Assembly (NCBI GenBank): GCA_958295495.1
Contig: OY282352.1
Coordinates: forward strand, 4,222,049-4,286,048
Length of the DNA: 64,000 bases
Source of the DNA: an uncultured Latescibacterota bacterium
GTDB lineage: Bacteria; Latescibacterota; UBA2968; UBA8231
Direction: 5' to 3'
Positions 1 through 9,961 of the stretch are shown here, piece by piece. The notes beneath the pieces were generated by a model that had not been told where the DNA came from, did no database searches, and saw nothing but the letters and a program-made list of their open reading frames with translations. Numbering within the stretch: the first letter of the stretch is position 1; each line of letters starts with the position of its first letter. The position numbers and the translations under genes are program-made.

Positions 1-686
1 TGGTCACGCGCGGACTTGACCCGGACGTGCCCCTCAAACCCACCGGCGTCGAGTGGCTCGGCGAGGTGCCGGCGCATTGGGAAGTGCGGCGGCTGAAACA
101 AGTATGCTCAAGGTCCTCACTTTACGGTGCGAATATAGCCGCGACTTACTACCAAGAGACGGGGGTTCGTTTCCTGCGTACAACGGACATCACGGACGAG
201 GGAGAACTCAGAGAAGGTGGTGTATTTCTGCCCCAAGAACTCGTTGGTAACTATGTACTAGAAGATGGAGATATACTCATATCAAGAAGTGGCACGGTAG
301 GCAGATCATTTCTCTATCAATCGCATTTACACGAGCTTTGCGCTTATGCCGGATATCTTGTTCGTTTCGTTCCAAGTATAAGCGTGTTGCCAAAGTACAT
401 TTTCCTATTTACCAAGACGCAGGCTTTCGAGGGATTTGTGCGTACAATGTCTATCTCATCAACTATTGAGAACGTCAACGCAGACAAATACGCTAATGCC
501 CATTTGCCCATCCCACCCCTCGCCGAGCAAGCCGCTATCGCCGCGTATCTCGACAAACAGACCGCGGCCATCGACGCCGCCATGGCCCGCGCCCGGCGGG
601 AAATTGACTTGTTGAGCGAATACCGCACTCGCCTAATCGCCGACGTGGTCACAGGCCAAGTGGATGTGCGGGAGGTGGCTGACTGA
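1..686 (+). CDS. hsdS: Type I restriction-modification specificity subunit (HsdS), C-terminal half; the 5' end lies outside the window
   Basis: The frame of ORF 27..686 is open to the window edge (the listed M is an internal GTG). The translation reads ..GLDPDVPLKPTGVEWLGEVPAHWEVRRLK.., then a variable TRD-like middle. It ends with the conserved HsdS helix LPIPPLAEQAAIAAYLDKQTAAIDAAMARARREIDLLSEYRTRLIADVVTGQVDV. Confidence 0.8.
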   Translation, partial: VTRGLDPDVPLKPTGVEWLGEVPAHWEVRRLKQVCSRSSLYGANIAATYYQETGVRFLRTTDITDEGELREGGVFLPQELVGNYVLEDGDILISRSGTVGRSFLYQSHLHELCAYAGYLVRFVPSISVLPKYIFLFTKTQAFEGFVRTMSISSTIENVNADKYANAHLPIPPLAEQAAIAAYLDKQTAAIDAAMARARREIDLLSEYRTRLIADVVTGQVDVREVAD

Positions 687-695
687 GATCTGACT

Positions 696-1028
696 ATGCT
701 AGTGCCCCCTCAGCCAAAGATATACCATATTGTTCATCTGGACCGGCTCAAATCCATTATTGCAGACAACTATCTCTGGTGCGACGCGGAGATACTTAAA
801 CGCCAGCCTCCCGGCACCACGATTGGCATGAACAACATCAAGCAGCACCGCCTCAAGAAGCTCCTGAGCAGTCATCCAGACCTGTGCGTAGGCGACTGTG
901 TGCCATTCTACTTCTGTCCGCGTTCTGTTATGCTCTACGTGATTTACCGTGCGAATGACCCGGCATTGACCTATCGCGGCGAACAAGACCCCATCGTTCA
1001 TCTGGACATACCTGATTGGTATTATTGA
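696..1028 (+). CDS. darT: DarT-like (DUF4433) ssDNA ADP-ribosyltransferase toxin, half-length copy (110 aa), probably inactive
   Basis: KIYHIVHLDRLKSII and VPFYFCPRSVMLYVI match the N-terminal half of DUF4433/DarT. Family members are about 200 aa, so the C-terminal half is absent. It lies directly upstream of a DarG-like macrodomain gene. Confidence 0.65.
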   Translation: MLVPPQPKIYHIVHLDRLKSIIADNYLWCDAEILKRQPPGTTIGMNNIKQHRLKKLLSSHPDLCVGDCVPFYFCPRSVMLYVIYRANDPALTYRGEQDPIVHLDIPDWYY

Positions 1029-1047
1029 CAGCAAAAGGAGGAGGACC

Positions 1048-2136
1048 ATGATCAAATACAAGACCGGCGACATCCTCGCGGAAGATGCCGAAGCTCTGGT
1101 CAACACCGTCAACTGCGTCGGGGTCATGGGGCGCGGCATCGCGCTACAGTTCAAGCGTGCCTTTCCCGAGAACTTCAAAGCCTACGCCGCCCGGTGCAAG
1201 CGCGACGAAATGCAGCCGGGGCAGGTGTTCGTATTTGAGACGGGGCAACTTATCAATCCCCGTTACATCATCAACTTTCCCACCAAACGGCACTGGCGGG
1301 GCAAAAGCCGCATGGAAGATATCGAATCCGGTTTGGTAGCACTCGCAAAGGAGATACGGGTGCGCGGTATCCGCTCCATTGCCATCCCCCCGCTCGGTAG
1401 CGGACTGGGCGGCTTGGACTGGCCGGAAGTTCGCTGGCGAATGCAGGCAGCTTTGGAGAAACTTGACGACGTGCAGGTCGTCGTGTTTGAGCCGGGCGGA
1501 GGCCCGGTGGATAAAAGGGCCAATCGTTCTCGTGCGGTCCCGAAAATGACAGCGGGCCGGGCCGCGCTTATCGGGCTAATGGACCGCTACCTTCGCGGTC
1601 TGTTGGATCCATTCATTACCCTGCTGGAAGTACACAAGCTCATGTACTTCATGCAAACCGCTGGCGAGCCGTTGAGCCTGCGATTCGCCAAAGGCGATTA
1701 CGGACCTTATGCCGAAAACCTCCGGCACGTCTTGCATGCCCTTGAAGGACACTTTGTGTCCGGCTACGCAGACGGAGGCGATGCTCCCCACAAAGAATTG
1801 GAACTGGTGCCGGGTGCGCTTGAGGATGCACACACCTTGCTCGCAAACGCCCCCCAAACGTCCGCCCGCTTTGAAAAGGTGTCCGCGCTCGTTGAGGGAT
1901 TCGAGTCGGCCTTCGGCTTGGAATTGCTAGCCACCGTCCATTGGGTTGTTCGCGAGGAGCAAGCATCTACCTTTGCCGAGGTCGCCGAGCGAACCTATAC
2001 GTGGAACGAGCGAAAGAGACAGTTCACCCGCCGACAACTCGGCATTGCCCTTGACGTGCTCACCGAGAAGAACTGGATACTTGGCGTCAAGCGTTGTATG
2101 ACGGGATTTGAGCCGAGTGAGAGACCGAAACCCTAG
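1048..2136 (+). CDS. darG: DarG-like antitoxin (N-terminal macrodomain plus C-terminal DarT-binding-type domain)
   Basis: Macrodomain signature TGDILAEDAEALVNTVNCVGVMGRGIALQFKRAFPEN...IAIPPLGSGLGGLDW, followed by a C-terminal extension of about 200 aa. A strong RBS (AAGGAGGAGG) precedes ATG 1048. It sits 19 nt after the DarT-like ORF. Confidence 0.8.
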   Translation: MIKYKTGDILAEDAEALVNTVNCVGVMGRGIALQFKRAFPENFKAYAARCKRDEMQPGQVFVFETGQLINPRYIINFPTKRHWRGKSRMEDIESGLVALAKEIRVRGIRSIAIPPLGSGLGGLDWPEVRWRMQAALEKLDDVQVVVFEPGGGPVDKRANRSRAVPKMTAGRAALIGLMDRYLRGLLDPFITLLEVHKLMYFMQTAGEPLSLRFAKGDYGPYAENLRHVLHALEGHFVSGYADGGDAPHKELELVPGALEDAHTLLANAPQTSARFEKVSALVEGFESAFGLELLATVHWVVREEQASTFAEVAERTYTWNERKRQFTRRQLGIALDVLTEKNWILGVKRCMTGFEPSERPKP

Positions 2137-2138
2137 TT

Positions 2139-4694
2139 TTACCCCCGCGCCCAGTGGACCAACCCCATTTCCAAGGGATTTTGCAGGTCGGGGTGCGAGG
2201 GCACCACGCGCAGGGTGTAGCCGTGCGAGCCGGCCGCCGCGCATGTGAAGGTGCCGACGAAGTGGTAGGTGCCGTCGCCGTTGTGGCCGGCCAATTTCAG
2301 CGGGTACACCTCGGTCTGGGCGAACTCGCGCTGGGCGTTGAGGCGGCCGGCGTAGATCTCGACGCGGACATCCTCAGGCGCTAGCTCGCCCAAGGCCACC
2401 GCCGCGCACAACGGCACCTGCATCCCCACCTTGAGCAGCCGCGGAAATTCAGCATCCACCGCGCCGATCTGGACCTGCGCCCACTTGGAGCGCACGTGCG
2501 ACTTCCAGTGGGTCAGCCGCTGGACCCGCTCGCGGTCGGCCGCCAATTCTTCAAAGCGGGCTTGCCCAGGCAAGTAGAACCCCTCGACGTACTCGCGCAC
2601 CATGCGATGCGCGTTGTACTGCGGCGCAAGCTGGGCGATGGTCTCCTTCATGCGGCCGATCCAACCGCCGGGCAACCCGTCCGCATCGCGCTGGTAGAAG
2701 AGCGGAATCACCTCGGTCTCTAGTAGGTCGTAGAGCGAGTTGGACTCGACCTCGTCTTGGTAGTGCTCGTCGTCGTAGTCCTCGCCGCGGCCAATGGTCC
2801 AACCAGCGTGCTTGTCGCAGGCTTCGTCCCACCAGCCGTCGAATACGCTGACGTTGAGCACGCCGTTGACCGCGGCCTTCATGCCAGACGTGCCCGAAGC
2901 CTCCAAGGGGCGGCGGGGGTTGTTGAGCCAGACATCGCACCCTTGCACCAAGTAGCGGGCGAGGTTCATGTCGTAGTCTTGCAAAAAGAAAATCCGGCCA
3001 TTAAAGGGCGCTTGCCGTGCGAGGTGGACGATTTGGCGGATCAGCTCCTTGCCAGCGTCGTCGCGGGGGTGGGCCTTGCCGGCGAAGAGAATCTGCAAGG
3101 GCTGCTGCGAGTCGGAGAACAGGGCCTTGAGCCGCTCGATATTGCGGAAAATCAGGTTGCCGCGCTTGTACGTGGCAAAGCGGCGGGCAAAGCCAATGGT
3201 CAGCACCTCGGGGTCGAGCCGCGCCAGGGCCCGTTCAATTTTGGCGGCCGGCGCGCCATAGCTTTGCATCTGCTGGCGCAGGTGATGGCGGGTTACGTCA
3301 ATCAGCCGCTTGCGCCGGTGCTGGTGCGTGTCCCACAGGGCGCGGTCGGGGATGTGATAGACCGGGTCCCAATCGCGCTCGTGGGCCGATGCAAAGTGCC
3401 AAGCGTCGCCGAGATGGCGGTCCAACAGTTCGGCCATTTCCAGCGAAACCCACGTGTGGAGATGGACGCCGTTGGTGACGTGGGCAATGGGGATCTCGTG
3501 CTCTGAAAAGTCGGGCCACAGGCCCTGCCATATACGGCGGCTAACCGCGCCGTGCAGGCGACTGACGCCATTGGCCCGACCTGAGAGCCTGAGTGCCAAG
3601 ACCGTCATGCAGAAGTCGGCGTGGGAATCGCGGGGGTCAACCCGGCCCAAGCCGATAAATTCCTCGTGCGACAGGCCGAGCCACTCGCGAAAATGGCCCA
3701 AGTGCGCCTCGACCAAGTCCGCCGGGAACCAGTCGTTGCCCGCCGCGACCGGGGTGTGCGTGGTGAACACATTGCCCACTATGCTGGCCTCGCGGGCCGT
3801 GGCAAACGAATAGCCGTGCTCGGCCATTAGCCGGCGAATCCGCTCTAGAGCTAAAAAGGCCGAGTGCCCCTCGTTGATATGGCAAACGGTGGGTTCGACG
3901 CCCACGGCTTGGAGGGCGCGCAGGCCGCCGATGCCGAGGAGGATCTCCTGCTGGATGCGCATGGCCGCGTCGCCGCCGTAGAGGCGGGCGGTAATATCGC
4001 GGTCCGCAGGGGCGTTTTCGTCGAGGTTGGTATCGAGCAAATAGAGCCCCACCCGGCCCACCTGCACCTGCCAGAGCCGCGCCTGCACCAAGCCGTGGGC
4101 AAAGGGAACCTCAATGGTCAGGTGCTCTCCGTCGCGGGCGTGGACCGGCTGCACGGGCATCTGGTAGAAGTCGTTTTCCGGGTTTTGCTCTATCTGCCAG
4201 CCGTCGGCGTTGAGAGCTTGGTGGAAATAGCCCTCGCGGTAGAGCAAGCCGACCCCGACGAGGGGGACGCCTAGGTCGCTAGCGGCCTTGAGGTGGTCGC
4301 CGGCGAGTACGCCCAAGCCCCCAGAATAGATGCGGAGACTCTCGGTCAGGCCGAATTCCGCCGAGAAGTACGCAACCTGTAACGGGCTCTCGCCGTGCGT
4401 CTGGCCAAACCACGCCGCATCTGACAAATAGCCCTCGAATTGTTCGCGGACGCGCTCGATGCGACCCCGCAGTTGCTCGTCGGCGATAAGGGCGTCGAGC
4501 TGGTCCGGCCGCAGGGAAGCCCAAAAGCGCAGGGGATCGCGCTGGCTCTCGGTCCAAGTTTCCGGGTCGAGCTGGTAGAGGGTGCGAATGGTTTCCTTGC
4601 TCCAAGTCCACCAGAGGTTGTGCCCCAGCTCCCACAGCGGCGTCAGTTGCTCGGGCAGGGACGGAACGATATTGAGGCGATATAGAGGCTTCAT
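2139..4694 (-). CDS. glgP: Alpha-glucan (glycogen/maltodextrin) phosphorylase, GT35 family with DUF3417-type N-terminus
   Basis: From ATG 4694 the product reads MKPLYRLNIVPSLPEQLTPLWELGHNLWWTWS. The PLP-lysine motif EASGTSGMKAAVNG is present. The ORF-track start at 4925 adds 77 non-homologous residues, so I use the internal ATG. Confidence 0.9.
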   Translation of the reverse strand: MKPLYRLNIVPSLPEQLTPLWELGHNLWWTWSKETIRTLYQLDPETWTESQRDPLRFWASLRPDQLDALIADEQLRGRIERVREQFEGYLSDAAWFGQTHGESPLQVAYFSAEFGLTESLRIYSGGLGVLAGDHLKAASDLGVPLVGVGLLYREGYFHQALNADGWQIEQNPENDFYQMPVQPVHARDGEHLTIEVPFAHGLVQARLWQVQVGRVGLYLLDTNLDENAPADRDITARLYGGDAAMRIQQEILLGIGGLRALQAVGVEPTVCHINEGHSAFLALERIRRLMAEHGYSFATAREASIVGNVFTTHTPVAAGNDWFPADLVEAHLGHFREWLGLSHEEFIGLGRVDPRDSHADFCMTVLALRLSGRANGVSRLHGAVSRRIWQGLWPDFSEHEIPIAHVTNGVHLHTWVSLEMAELLDRHLGDAWHFASAHERDWDPVYHIPDRALWDTHQHRRKRLIDVTRHHLRQQMQSYGAPAAKIERALARLDPEVLTIGFARRFATYKRGNLIFRNIERLKALFSDSQQPLQILFAGKAHPRDDAGKELIRQIVHLARQAPFNGRIFFLQDYDMNLARYLVQGCDVWLNNPRRPLEASGTSGMKAAVNGVLNVSVFDGWWDEACDKHAGWTIGRGEDYDDEHYQDEVESNSLYDLLETEVIPLFYQRDADGLPGGWIGRMKETIAQLAPQYNAHRMVREYVEGFYLPGQARFEELAADRERVQRLTHWKSHVRSKWAQVQIGAVDAEFPRLLKVGMQVPLCAAVALGELAPEDVRVEIYAGRLNAQREFAQTEVYPLKLAGHNGDGTYHFVGTFTCAAAGSHGYTLRVVPSHPDLQNPLEMGLVHWARG

Positions 4695-5089
4695 AGTTTT
4701 GTTTTTATTTGCGATGGCCACGCCCGGATTGGATTGTAGATGAAAGTGGTACAACAGAAATAGAAAGAGTACGGGCAAAAACAATAGCTTCAATTCTAAT
4801 TCGGTTGGTTGGCGGTTGGCGACCTTGCGAGCCGGTTCGGAGCCGATGGTAGCTTCGATTCCGGATTCGACAGAAGATAGCCACCATACTACAAGCCCGC
4901 CGACGAGAAGAAGCCCCCAAGGCACCGGCCGCGAGGCGGTTGGCTATTATTGAGCCTGCTCAAATAAAAAAGGAGCGCGTCGCTCGTGTCAATCGCCGGG
5001 GCGTCGCCACCACAAGGTCCGTGCGGCGGGCAAACATTGCGCTAAATTTTTTCAAATTATAGACTTAGATAACTTTTCAGGAGGATTCT

Positions 5090-6100
5090 ATGGACGGTAA
5101 ACCCCATGTTCTCATCAGCGGCTTTGCCGACGAGGGGCCGGCCGACAAAAAGGCCGAAGCCCAGCTAACCATGCTGGCGACGCTGGGCATGTCGCACTAC
5201 AGCTTGCGCTTTGTGGATGTGGGGCAGGGCGTCAAAAACGCGATGCAGCTAACGCGGCCCGAAATAGCGCGGCTGCGCCAATTGCACGGCGAATTCGGGA
5301 TTGCAGTGGCTTCGATCGGCTCGCCGATTGGCAAGGTCAAGCTGTGCGACGTGGAAGACGGCTCGGCCAACGCCTATATCCCATTCGACCAATATTTGCA
5401 ACAGGACGTGCAGCGGGCCGTAGAGTTGGCCGGCGAGTTTGAGACGCGGCTGATCCGCGGGTTTTCGTTTTACCATCCCCGCGGTGAAGATCCAGCCGAT
5501 TACGTGGAGCCGGCGGCCGAGCGGCTGGCGCAAATCGCCGAGGTCTGCAGCCGGGGCGGGGCCATTTTCGGCCTAGAGGTCGAGGCCAATCTCGTCGGCC
5601 AGAATGGGCGGCTTTTGCAAAAGCTCTACGAGATGGTGGCCCACCCCAACCTGTGCCTGATTTTCGACGGCGGCAATCTGTCGAGCCAAAACTTCACCGC
5701 GGTCGAAACCCTAGCCGAGTATCGGGCGATGCGCGAGGGGATTGGCTGGATGCACGTCAAGGACTACAAGATCGACCCAACTCTCCAATGGGAAGGCGTC
5801 GTAGATGAGGAGCGGCTCAAAAACTTTGTGCCCGCCGACCAAGGCGACTCCGGGCACGAGGCCATATTGCGCGACTTCCGCACCCGCATCCCGGCGCTGG
5901 AGCACGAGCTAAAGCAGAAGGGGGTCCCGGGCGTGTTCCTCGACCTAGAGCCGCACCTGAAGGGCGGCGGGCAGTTTGGCGGCTTCAGCGGCGTCGATGG
6001 GTTCGGAGTCGCGCTGCGGGCGCTGCTCAACCTGCTCGACTACGTGGGCATTGGCTACGCCCTGACGGACTACGAGGCCATCGCCCGGCAGCGGGACTAG
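5090..6100 (+). CDS. Sugar phosphate isomerase/epimerase (xylose-isomerase-like TIM barrel)
   Basis: 336-aa ORF with RBS CAGGAGGA. The barrel pattern includes ISGFADE, GLEVEANLVGQ and WMHVKDYK, typical of the AP-endonuclease-2/xylose isomerase-like family. Confidence 0.75.
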   Translation: MDGKPHVLISGFADEGPADKKAEAQLTMLATLGMSHYSLRFVDVGQGVKNAMQLTRPEIARLRQLHGEFGIAVASIGSPIGKVKLCDVEDGSANAYIPFDQYLQQDVQRAVELAGEFETRLIRGFSFYHPRGEDPADYVEPAAERLAQIAEVCSRGGAIFGLEVEANLVGQNGRLLQKLYEMVAHPNLCLIFDGGNLSSQNFTAVETLAEYRAMREGIGWMHVKDYKIDPTLQWEGVVDEERLKNFVPADQGDSGHEAILRDFRTRIPALEHELKQKGVPGVFLDLEPHLKGGGQFGGFSGVDGFGVALRALLNLLDYVGIGYALTDYEAIARQRD

Positions 6101-7326
6101 CGCCCTTGCGCCACCAGCGCCTCGTGTCGCTTTTGGAAGGCCGCGCTGTTGTCGTCCTCAATCACCTGCAAATCGATGCCTTGCTCAAAGCCGGGAATAT
6201 TGCCAGCGTAGAAGGCCCGCTGATAGCGGTCTTCAGCAGTAAATTCCCACTCCCGCGCTTTGCTGTCACCCGGCCAGTACACGCGGAGAATGCGCTTTTG
6301 GGCCAAGTAGCGGTGCTTGGGCGTAGGCTCTGCGGGATCCACTTGGTACGTTGCAATCGCCTCTTCATCCACAAAGACGCCCAAGCCGGGCGCGTCTGGA
6401 ACCGACATGTAGCCGTCGCGGACCTCGATAGGCTCTAGCAGCAGGTCGTCCTCCCACAGCTCGTGGCAGGTGATATAGGGTAGCTGGGCGTGCGAGAGCA
6501 CCGCGCCGAGGTGAGCCGCATAAGCGGTGGTCAAGCCCGCGCCGACGAGCTGGAGCCAAAAGGGCTTGTTGTGGGCGGCCGCAAGGGTGGCCGACCGCCG
6601 GGTCTCGGTCGCGCCGCTGCCGATGACGAAACCATCGCAGCAGTTGTTGCGCAGATATTGGTCTTGGTAGTGCTCGACAATGGGTTTGCGCACCCGCTCG
6701 CGCAAAATCCGCGCCCCATCTACGTCCGAGTGCAGGTAAAACGGGCTTTCGTACATGCCGACATTGGGGTTTTCGTCGAGTTTTTGCAGGATGATTTCGG
6801 CCTTGGCTTGGTTGAGCAAGAAGCCGTTGAAGTCAACGTCGAATTTGTAGTCGGCCGGGACGACCTCGGCGACGGCCTCGGTTTGGGCGATGATGTCGCG
6901 CCAGGGGCGGGCCTTCATCTTAAAGGTGGTGTACCCGCGCCTTAGCGATTCCTCGGCCTCGGCGACCCAGTCTTGGGGCGGCATATCTATATCCCACCAA
7001 GATATGGGGCAGCGGTCGCGGAGCTTGACGCCGAGTAGCTCGTGTACGGGTACGTCGTTGTCTTGGCCCACTAAGTCGAGACAGGCGACTTGCGGGCCAA
7101 AGCCAATCTCATCGCGGTACATTAGGCTGGCCGGATTTTGTCCGACGAGGCCGGCGACCGATGGCTGGCCGTGGCTGTCGGCCCAGCCCACGAGGTCGTT
7201 GTCCGTCTCCAAGCGCACCACCCACACCCGCTCGTCGTGGGTTGAGGCGCGCTGCATGGCGCGGGTGACATGGTCGGCGTAGAAGGGGATGTTGAGGGCA
7301 ATGGATTCAGCGTGGATGATCTTCAT
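6097..7326 (-). CDS. Enolase-superfamily enzyme (mandelate racemase/muconate lactonizing family)
   Basis: The product starts MKIIHAESIALNIPF (capping domain). The barrel segment carries YTTFKMKARPW, FDVDFNG and YESPF. The start is placed at ATG 7326, which has a GGAGG RBS. Confidence 0.8.
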   Translation of the reverse strand: MKIIHAESIALNIPFYADHVTRAMQRASTHDERVWVVRLETDNDLVGWADSHGQPSVAGLVGQNPASLMYRDEIGFGPQVACLDLVGQDNDVPVHELLGVKLRDRCPISWWDIDMPPQDWVAEAEESLRRGYTTFKMKARPWRDIIAQTEAVAEVVPADYKFDVDFNGFLLNQAKAEIILQKLDENPNVGMYESPFYLHSDVDGARILRERVRKPIVEHYQDQYLRNNCCDGFVIGSGATETRRSATLAAAHNKPFWLQLVGAGLTTAYAAHLGAVLSHAQLPYITCHELWEDDLLLEPIEVRDGYMSVPDAPGLGVFVDEEAIATYQVDPAEPTPKHRYLAQKRILRVYWPGDSKAREWEFTAEDRYQRAFYAGNIPGFEQGIDLQVIEDDNSAAFQKRHEALVAQGR

Positions 7327-7431
7327 GGGGGCCTCCGCGGATGATGGGTCATGGGCTAATGGACAGAAGACACGCAAAAACTCGCCGGCGAGCAACCGTT
7401 AATTTAACCTAACGCCAAGAAAGACAAGGCC

Positions 7432-8931
7432 ATGAGCAGGACGTATAAAGCCTTTGTAGAACGCCTCCATGAGCTATCCGACATAGGCCACGCGCAGGGG
7501 CTGATGCACTGGGACCAAGAGACCTATATGCCGCGGCGGGGCGCGGCCATGCGGGCCAGAGCGCTGGGCACCTTGGCCGGTCTGTACCACGAGCGGCTCA
7601 CCGCCCCAGAGTTGGTCGCGCTCGTCGCAGAGCTCAAGGACGCCGCGCTAACAGGCGACGCGGCCGTCAACGTCCGCGAAATCGACCGCCAGCAGAGCCG
7701 GTCGCTCAAGCTGCCCAAGGAGCTGGTCGTCGAGCTGAGCCAGACCGAGTCCTTGGGGCACGAAGCTTGGGTCGAGGCGCGAAAAAAATCGGACTTCGCG
7801 CTCTTCCAGCCCTGGCTGGAGAAAATAGTCGCGCTCAAAAAGGAGGTGGCCGAGCGGGTCGGGTACGAAGGCGCGATGTACAACGCGCTGCTCGACGAGT
7901 ACGAGCCTTATGCGCGGGCCGAGGAGATCGCCCCGGTCTTTGCCCAGCTCAAGGCGCAACTCGTGCCGCTAGTCGAACAGATCGCTGCCACCGGACAGTA
8001 CCCGGCCCGGGGCGTACTCGACCGAGAATACCCCATTGAGCAACAGGAGCTTTTGGGACGGCAGGTGCTGACGGACATGGGCTTTGACATGCAGGCTGGG
8101 CGGCTCGACTTGGCAGTGCATCCGTTTTGCTCGGGTACGTCCCGCGACGATGTGCGGCTGACGACGCGCTACAGTGCCAACTGGCTGCCCGGCGCGCTCT
8201 TTGGCACCATCCACGAGGCCGGGCACGGGCTGTACGAACAGGGCCTACCCGCCGACGCTGGCAGCACCCCGGCCGGCGCGAGCGTCTCGCTGGGGATCCA
8301 CGAGTCGCAATCGCGGCTGTGGGAAAACATGGTCGGCCGCAGCAAAGCCTTTTGGACCCATTACCTGCCCAAGCTGCGAGCACTTTTTCCTCAGCAGCTC
8401 AGCGCGGTTGATCTAGACGCCTTTTACGCCGCGGTCAATCAAGTCGAGCCGTCGCTGATCCGGGTCGAGGCCGACGAGGTGACGTACAACCTCCACATCC
8501 TGCTGCGTTTTGAACTGGAGTGCGACCTGATCGAGGGGCGGGTTGCCGTGGCTGAGTTGCCCGCGGCGTGGAACGAGCGGATGGAGCAATACTTGGGCAT
8601 CCGTCCTCCCGACGACGCCCTCGGGGTACTCCAAGACACGCATTGGTCCTGCGGCCTATTGGGCTATTTCCCGACCTACGCGCTGGGCAACCTATATGCG
8701 GCCCAGTTTTTTCACCAAGCCCACGAGGACTTGCCCGACCTCGAAGGACAAATCGCGCAGGGCGTGCTCGGGCCGCTCAAAACTTGGCTCAACGAAAAAA
8801 TCCACGCCCGCGGCGCCCGGGCAACGGCCAGCGAATTGGTCGAGGAAGTGACGGGCGCGAAGCTGAGTGCCGATTACTTCATCGCCTACTTGTGGGAGAA
8901 GTTCGGGGCACTCTACGGCCTCAGCCGATGA
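7432..8931 (+). CDS. Carboxypeptidase, M32 family (Taq-type metallocarboxypeptidase)
   Basis: HEAGHGLYEQG (HExxH) and HESQSRLWEN motifs, about 500 aa length. Confidence 0.9.
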   Translation: MSRTYKAFVERLHELSDIGHAQGLMHWDQETYMPRRGAAMRARALGTLAGLYHERLTAPELVALVAELKDAALTGDAAVNVREIDRQQSRSLKLPKELVVELSQTESLGHEAWVEARKKSDFALFQPWLEKIVALKKEVAERVGYEGAMYNALLDEYEPYARAEEIAPVFAQLKAQLVPLVEQIAATGQYPARGVLDREYPIEQQELLGRQVLTDMGFDMQAGRLDLAVHPFCSGTSRDDVRLTTRYSANWLPGALFGTIHEAGHGLYEQGLPADAGSTPAGASVSLGIHESQSRLWENMVGRSKAFWTHYLPKLRALFPQQLSAVDLDAFYAAVNQVEPSLIRVEADEVTYNLHILLRFELECDLIEGRVAVAELPAAWNERMEQYLGIRPPDDALGVLQDTHWSCGLLGYFPTYALGNLYAAQFFHQAHEDLPDLEGQIAQGVLGPLKTWLNEKIHARGARATASELVEEVTGAKLSADYFIAYLWEKFGALYGLSR

Positions 8932-9961
8932 CCTGCTGCAGGAGCCGGAGCTGGTTCGCGCCGAGAATTTTGCGGATATCGGCCTCGGCATAGCCGCGGG
9001 CGGCCAAGCCCACTGCAATGTCTGGGAGGCAGGTCGCGTCTTCCAAGAGCAAGCCGCCGCCGTCAAAATCCGATCCCAAGCCGACGTGGTCGATACCAGC
9101 GACGGCGACCGCATGTTCAAGGTGGTCGAGCAGGCTGCCGAAGGTGGGGTTGTGCACGTCGATAAAGTCTGGGACAAAGGTGATGGCCACGACCCCGCCT
9201 TTTTCGGCGAGGGCGCGTAGCTGCTCGTCGCGGAGGTTGCGCGGGTGGTCGCAGAGGGCGCGGCAGCAGCTATGGGTGGCCATAAAGGGAGCTTGGGCCG
9301 CTCGGGCCACATCCCAAAAGCCCGGCTCGTTGAGATGGGATACATCGACGACCACGCCCAACTCGTTCATTTGCGCTAGTAGCTGGCGGCCAAAGCCGGT
9401 CAAGCCGCCGCCGCCCGCGACCTCGCAGCCATCTCCGGCCCAAGAGCGGGTGCTGTGGGTGAGGGTCATGGCGCGGACGCCTAGCTGGTAGAGCAGCGGC
9501 AGGACGTGGCGGCTTCTCTCCAGCGCATCGCTGTTTTCCACTGCCAGTATGGCCGCTAGTCGGCCCTCGGCGCGGGCGCACTCAATGTCAGCCGCGCTGC
9601 GCGCCACGGCAATGCCCCGGCTGTGCTCTTCCACTTCCTGCAAAAAATAGCCCAAGGCGTCCATGCAGTAGAGCAGGTGGTTGCCCCAAGGGCGGGTGCA
9701 ATCAACGGCGAAAAACGCCGCGTCCAGTCCGCCCTCGTGCGCCTTGGGCAAGTCGAGTTGAACGCCGTCGCCCAGCGGCTGGTACTGGCGCAAATAGGCG
9801 ACAGCCCCCTCGCGCTGGTGGAAGTCAGCGCGCTGTGCTCCATCTAAAGACATGCCCCGGCGGATCAGGGCGACGGTGCTGTCGTTGTGCGCGTCGATGA
9901 CCAAGGAGTCTTGGTGCAGGCGACGGGCGGTTTGTTCGTTCATTGGCATTATTGCGTTCAC
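8921..9961 (-). CDS. Membrane dipeptidase, M19 (renal dipeptidase) family
   Basis: Motifs LVIDAHNDS, VDVSHL and GLGSDFDGG. The start is ambiguous (GTG 9961, ATG 9949 or ATG 9943). GTG 9961 overlaps the stop of the upstream DUF4276 gene (GTGA). Confidence 0.85.
   Translation of the reverse strand: MNAIMPMNEQTARRLHQDSLVIDAHNDSTVALIRRGMSLDGAQRADFHQREGAVAYLRQYQPLGDGVQLDLPKAHEGGLDAAFFAVDCTRPWGNHLLYCMDALGYFLQEVEEHSRGIAVARSAADIECARAEGRLAAILAVENSDALERSRHVLPLLYQLGVRAMTLTHSTRSWAGDGCEVAGGGGLTGFGRQLLAQMNELGVVVDVSHLNEPGFWDVARAAQAPFMATHSCCRALCDHPRNLRDEQLRALAEKGGVVAITFVPDFIDVHNPTFGSLLDHLEHAVAVAGIDHVGLGSDFDGGGLLLEDATCLPDIAVGLAARGYAEADIRKILGANQLRLLQQVIG

Noticed and set aside
4695-4925. 77-residue N-terminal extension of glgP with two hydrophobic stretches, considered as a possible membrane anchor or separate small membrane protein.
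   Set aside because: Homologous alpha-glucan phosphorylases start at MKPLYRLN-type sequences. The extension region is A+T-rich and promoter-like, with no RBS at 4925. It has no independent stop to make it a separate gene.
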